Source of the DNA: Emiliania huxleyi CCMP1516
Taxonomy: Eukaryota
Reading direction: 5' to 3'
Assembly (NCBI RefSeq): GCF_000372725.1
Contig: NW_005201176.1
Location: 186,001-220,388 of the forward strand
Length of the DNA: 34,388 nt
A program made the translations under genes and the position numbers. Under the pieces are notes generated by a model. The model had not been told where the DNA came from. It did no database searches and saw only the letters and a list, made by a program, of their open reading frames with translations. This document shows positions 33,052 through 34,388 of this stretch, piece by piece. Position 1 is the stretch's first letter. Each line of letters opens with the position of its first letter.

Positions 33052-33719
33052 AAGACGAAGGTCCTGTGCTCATCCGACCAACGGCACGCTGCCGGAGGGG
33101 CTTGGGATGTCCAGGACGGCATCTAAGGACGGGGGTGGTTTCATGCCGTGAGCAGCAGTTCGAAGAGGGCCCCGGGGAGAAGGCTAGCTGAGTACCGTGC
33201 GGTGATGGCTTTCAAACGCCGGCGGTACCCAACTTCCCGTCCCGCCCGCATTTGCAGTCGCCGCCTTGGACCTCTCCGCCATCATCGCCCGAAACGCGTC
33301 CACTTCGGCCGTGTCCTTGGCCACCTTTGCCATCGCTGCCTCCAGAGTCTGGAATGCCTCCGTCGCGCGGGGGTGTCCGCTCCTGTCGGGATGCACCTGG
33401 GGAGCACGGGGTGCCGATGTAGGGCGTGCTCACTGTGCTCACTGTGCTTCGCCCCTCCCTGAGTGGAACTTCCTATCGTGTTTGCAACAGTCTTTGTCGC
33501 AAGCACCTTTCGAGCCAGGGTTCGGTAAGCGTTCCGCCTACATGCCAGGCAGTGTCAACATCACCGCATGCTCTGCAGGTGCAACCACACGGTGCAGCCT
33601 CACTTAGCTTCGGCCGAAGCCGTCCGAGAAACGCCGAGCACACGGTACGCGTCGTCCGCGCCAAGGATCCGGTCGACGTCCTCCTGCGAAGAGTCTGCAC
33701 GCCCCTTTTCGCCGCTCAT
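33052..33719 (-). CDS. J-domain protein, copy 2, 3' end in the gap
   Basis: ATG at 33719. Exons 33719-33604, 33537-33507 and from 33396 onward, with GT-AG introns, give MSGEKGRADSSQEDVDRILGADDAYRVLGVSRTASAEAKRNAYRTLARKVHPDRSGHPRATEAFQTLEAA. Confidence 0.8.
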
Positions 33720-33920
33720 AGCAATCGCTGGTGTCGTTGAACCCTAAGCAGCAGCACAGGTCGCCCCACCGCGCCGAAAGCACGCGTGCAACTTGATTGA
33801 CCGTAAACTTGCGCGAATTGATTCTTCCCGGGCAACACTGTGTAAAATTCTTGCCGCCCAACTGCGCTACTCGAGTACTTGGCTACCTCGCGTTTGTTGG
33901 CGATCGGCGGGGCTTAACGC

Positions 33921-34388
33921 TTAAGGCCGATGGTGTATGTAACCTTATCGCGCGCGCTCGCGACGCCGACCGACTCGGAGGCCGGTGTTCACAGAAAAAC
34001 ACAACCCCGGACCCAAGACGCCCGGCTGTCGCCGCGGGGCCCCCACGAACACCACGCGTCGGATGCGGTGCCGCGCGAACTCGCGCGCAAAGTGCACGCC
34101 CCACGCCCGCCGCAGCGTCGTAGCGAAGTAGGACCGCGCCTCCTTCGCGCTACGCGCGCCGATCCGCCTCCAGTGCTGCTTGGATGCCGAATCCACCACA
34201 CAGTCGAACAGCTGGTGCAGGTCGTCCGACGCCTCCGCGTAGGCCCCGACAACGAGGCTGCGCACACACCAAACGAGCGCAGCACGGTGTTCACAGTGTG
34301 CAGCGCGATCCGAGCTTGCGCGGGAAGAGGGTGCGGTCCAGTGCGCTCACGTGGGTGCGCCGTCCGGGCGGCGGCCGCAACATCGAGC
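33921..34388 (-). mobile_element. Degenerate RLE-type retrotransposon C-terminal fragment, family B
   Basis: VRSLVVGAYAEASDDLHQLF...HWRRIGARSAKEARSYFATTLRRAWG resembles the end of RLE domains. The upstream part is frameshifted. Confidence 0.5.

Overview
This is GC-rich eukaryotic DNA from a draft assembly with three N gaps. GC-AG introns and 10-nt CCCCATATCT intron-type repeats suggest a haptophyte such as Emiliania/Gephyrocapsa huxleyi, which is an inference. The window is repeat- and TE-dense. Host-type genes: a 5'-truncated S8 subtilisin-like protease, a frameshifted ankyrin-repeat gene, two intronless F-box + RCC1-repeat paralogues (one lacks an ATG), a mitochondrion-targeted RraA/HMG-aldolase-family gene, a 3-intron GT31-like glycosyltransferase and two near-identical copies of a spliced J-domain gene. 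Mobile DNA: a degenerate RAG1/Transib/Chapaev-like DDE transposase whose element end matches a complete 393-bp MITE (20-bp TIRs, TA duplication), two more MITEs, three copies of a (CCTTA)n-tailed retroposon with a structured 3' UTR, an orphan RNase H ORF and 3' fragments of RLE-type non-LTR retrotransposons. The RAG1-like transposase with AGG termini and a TA target is the most unusual item. All family calls rest on motif recognition by eye, not on database searches.
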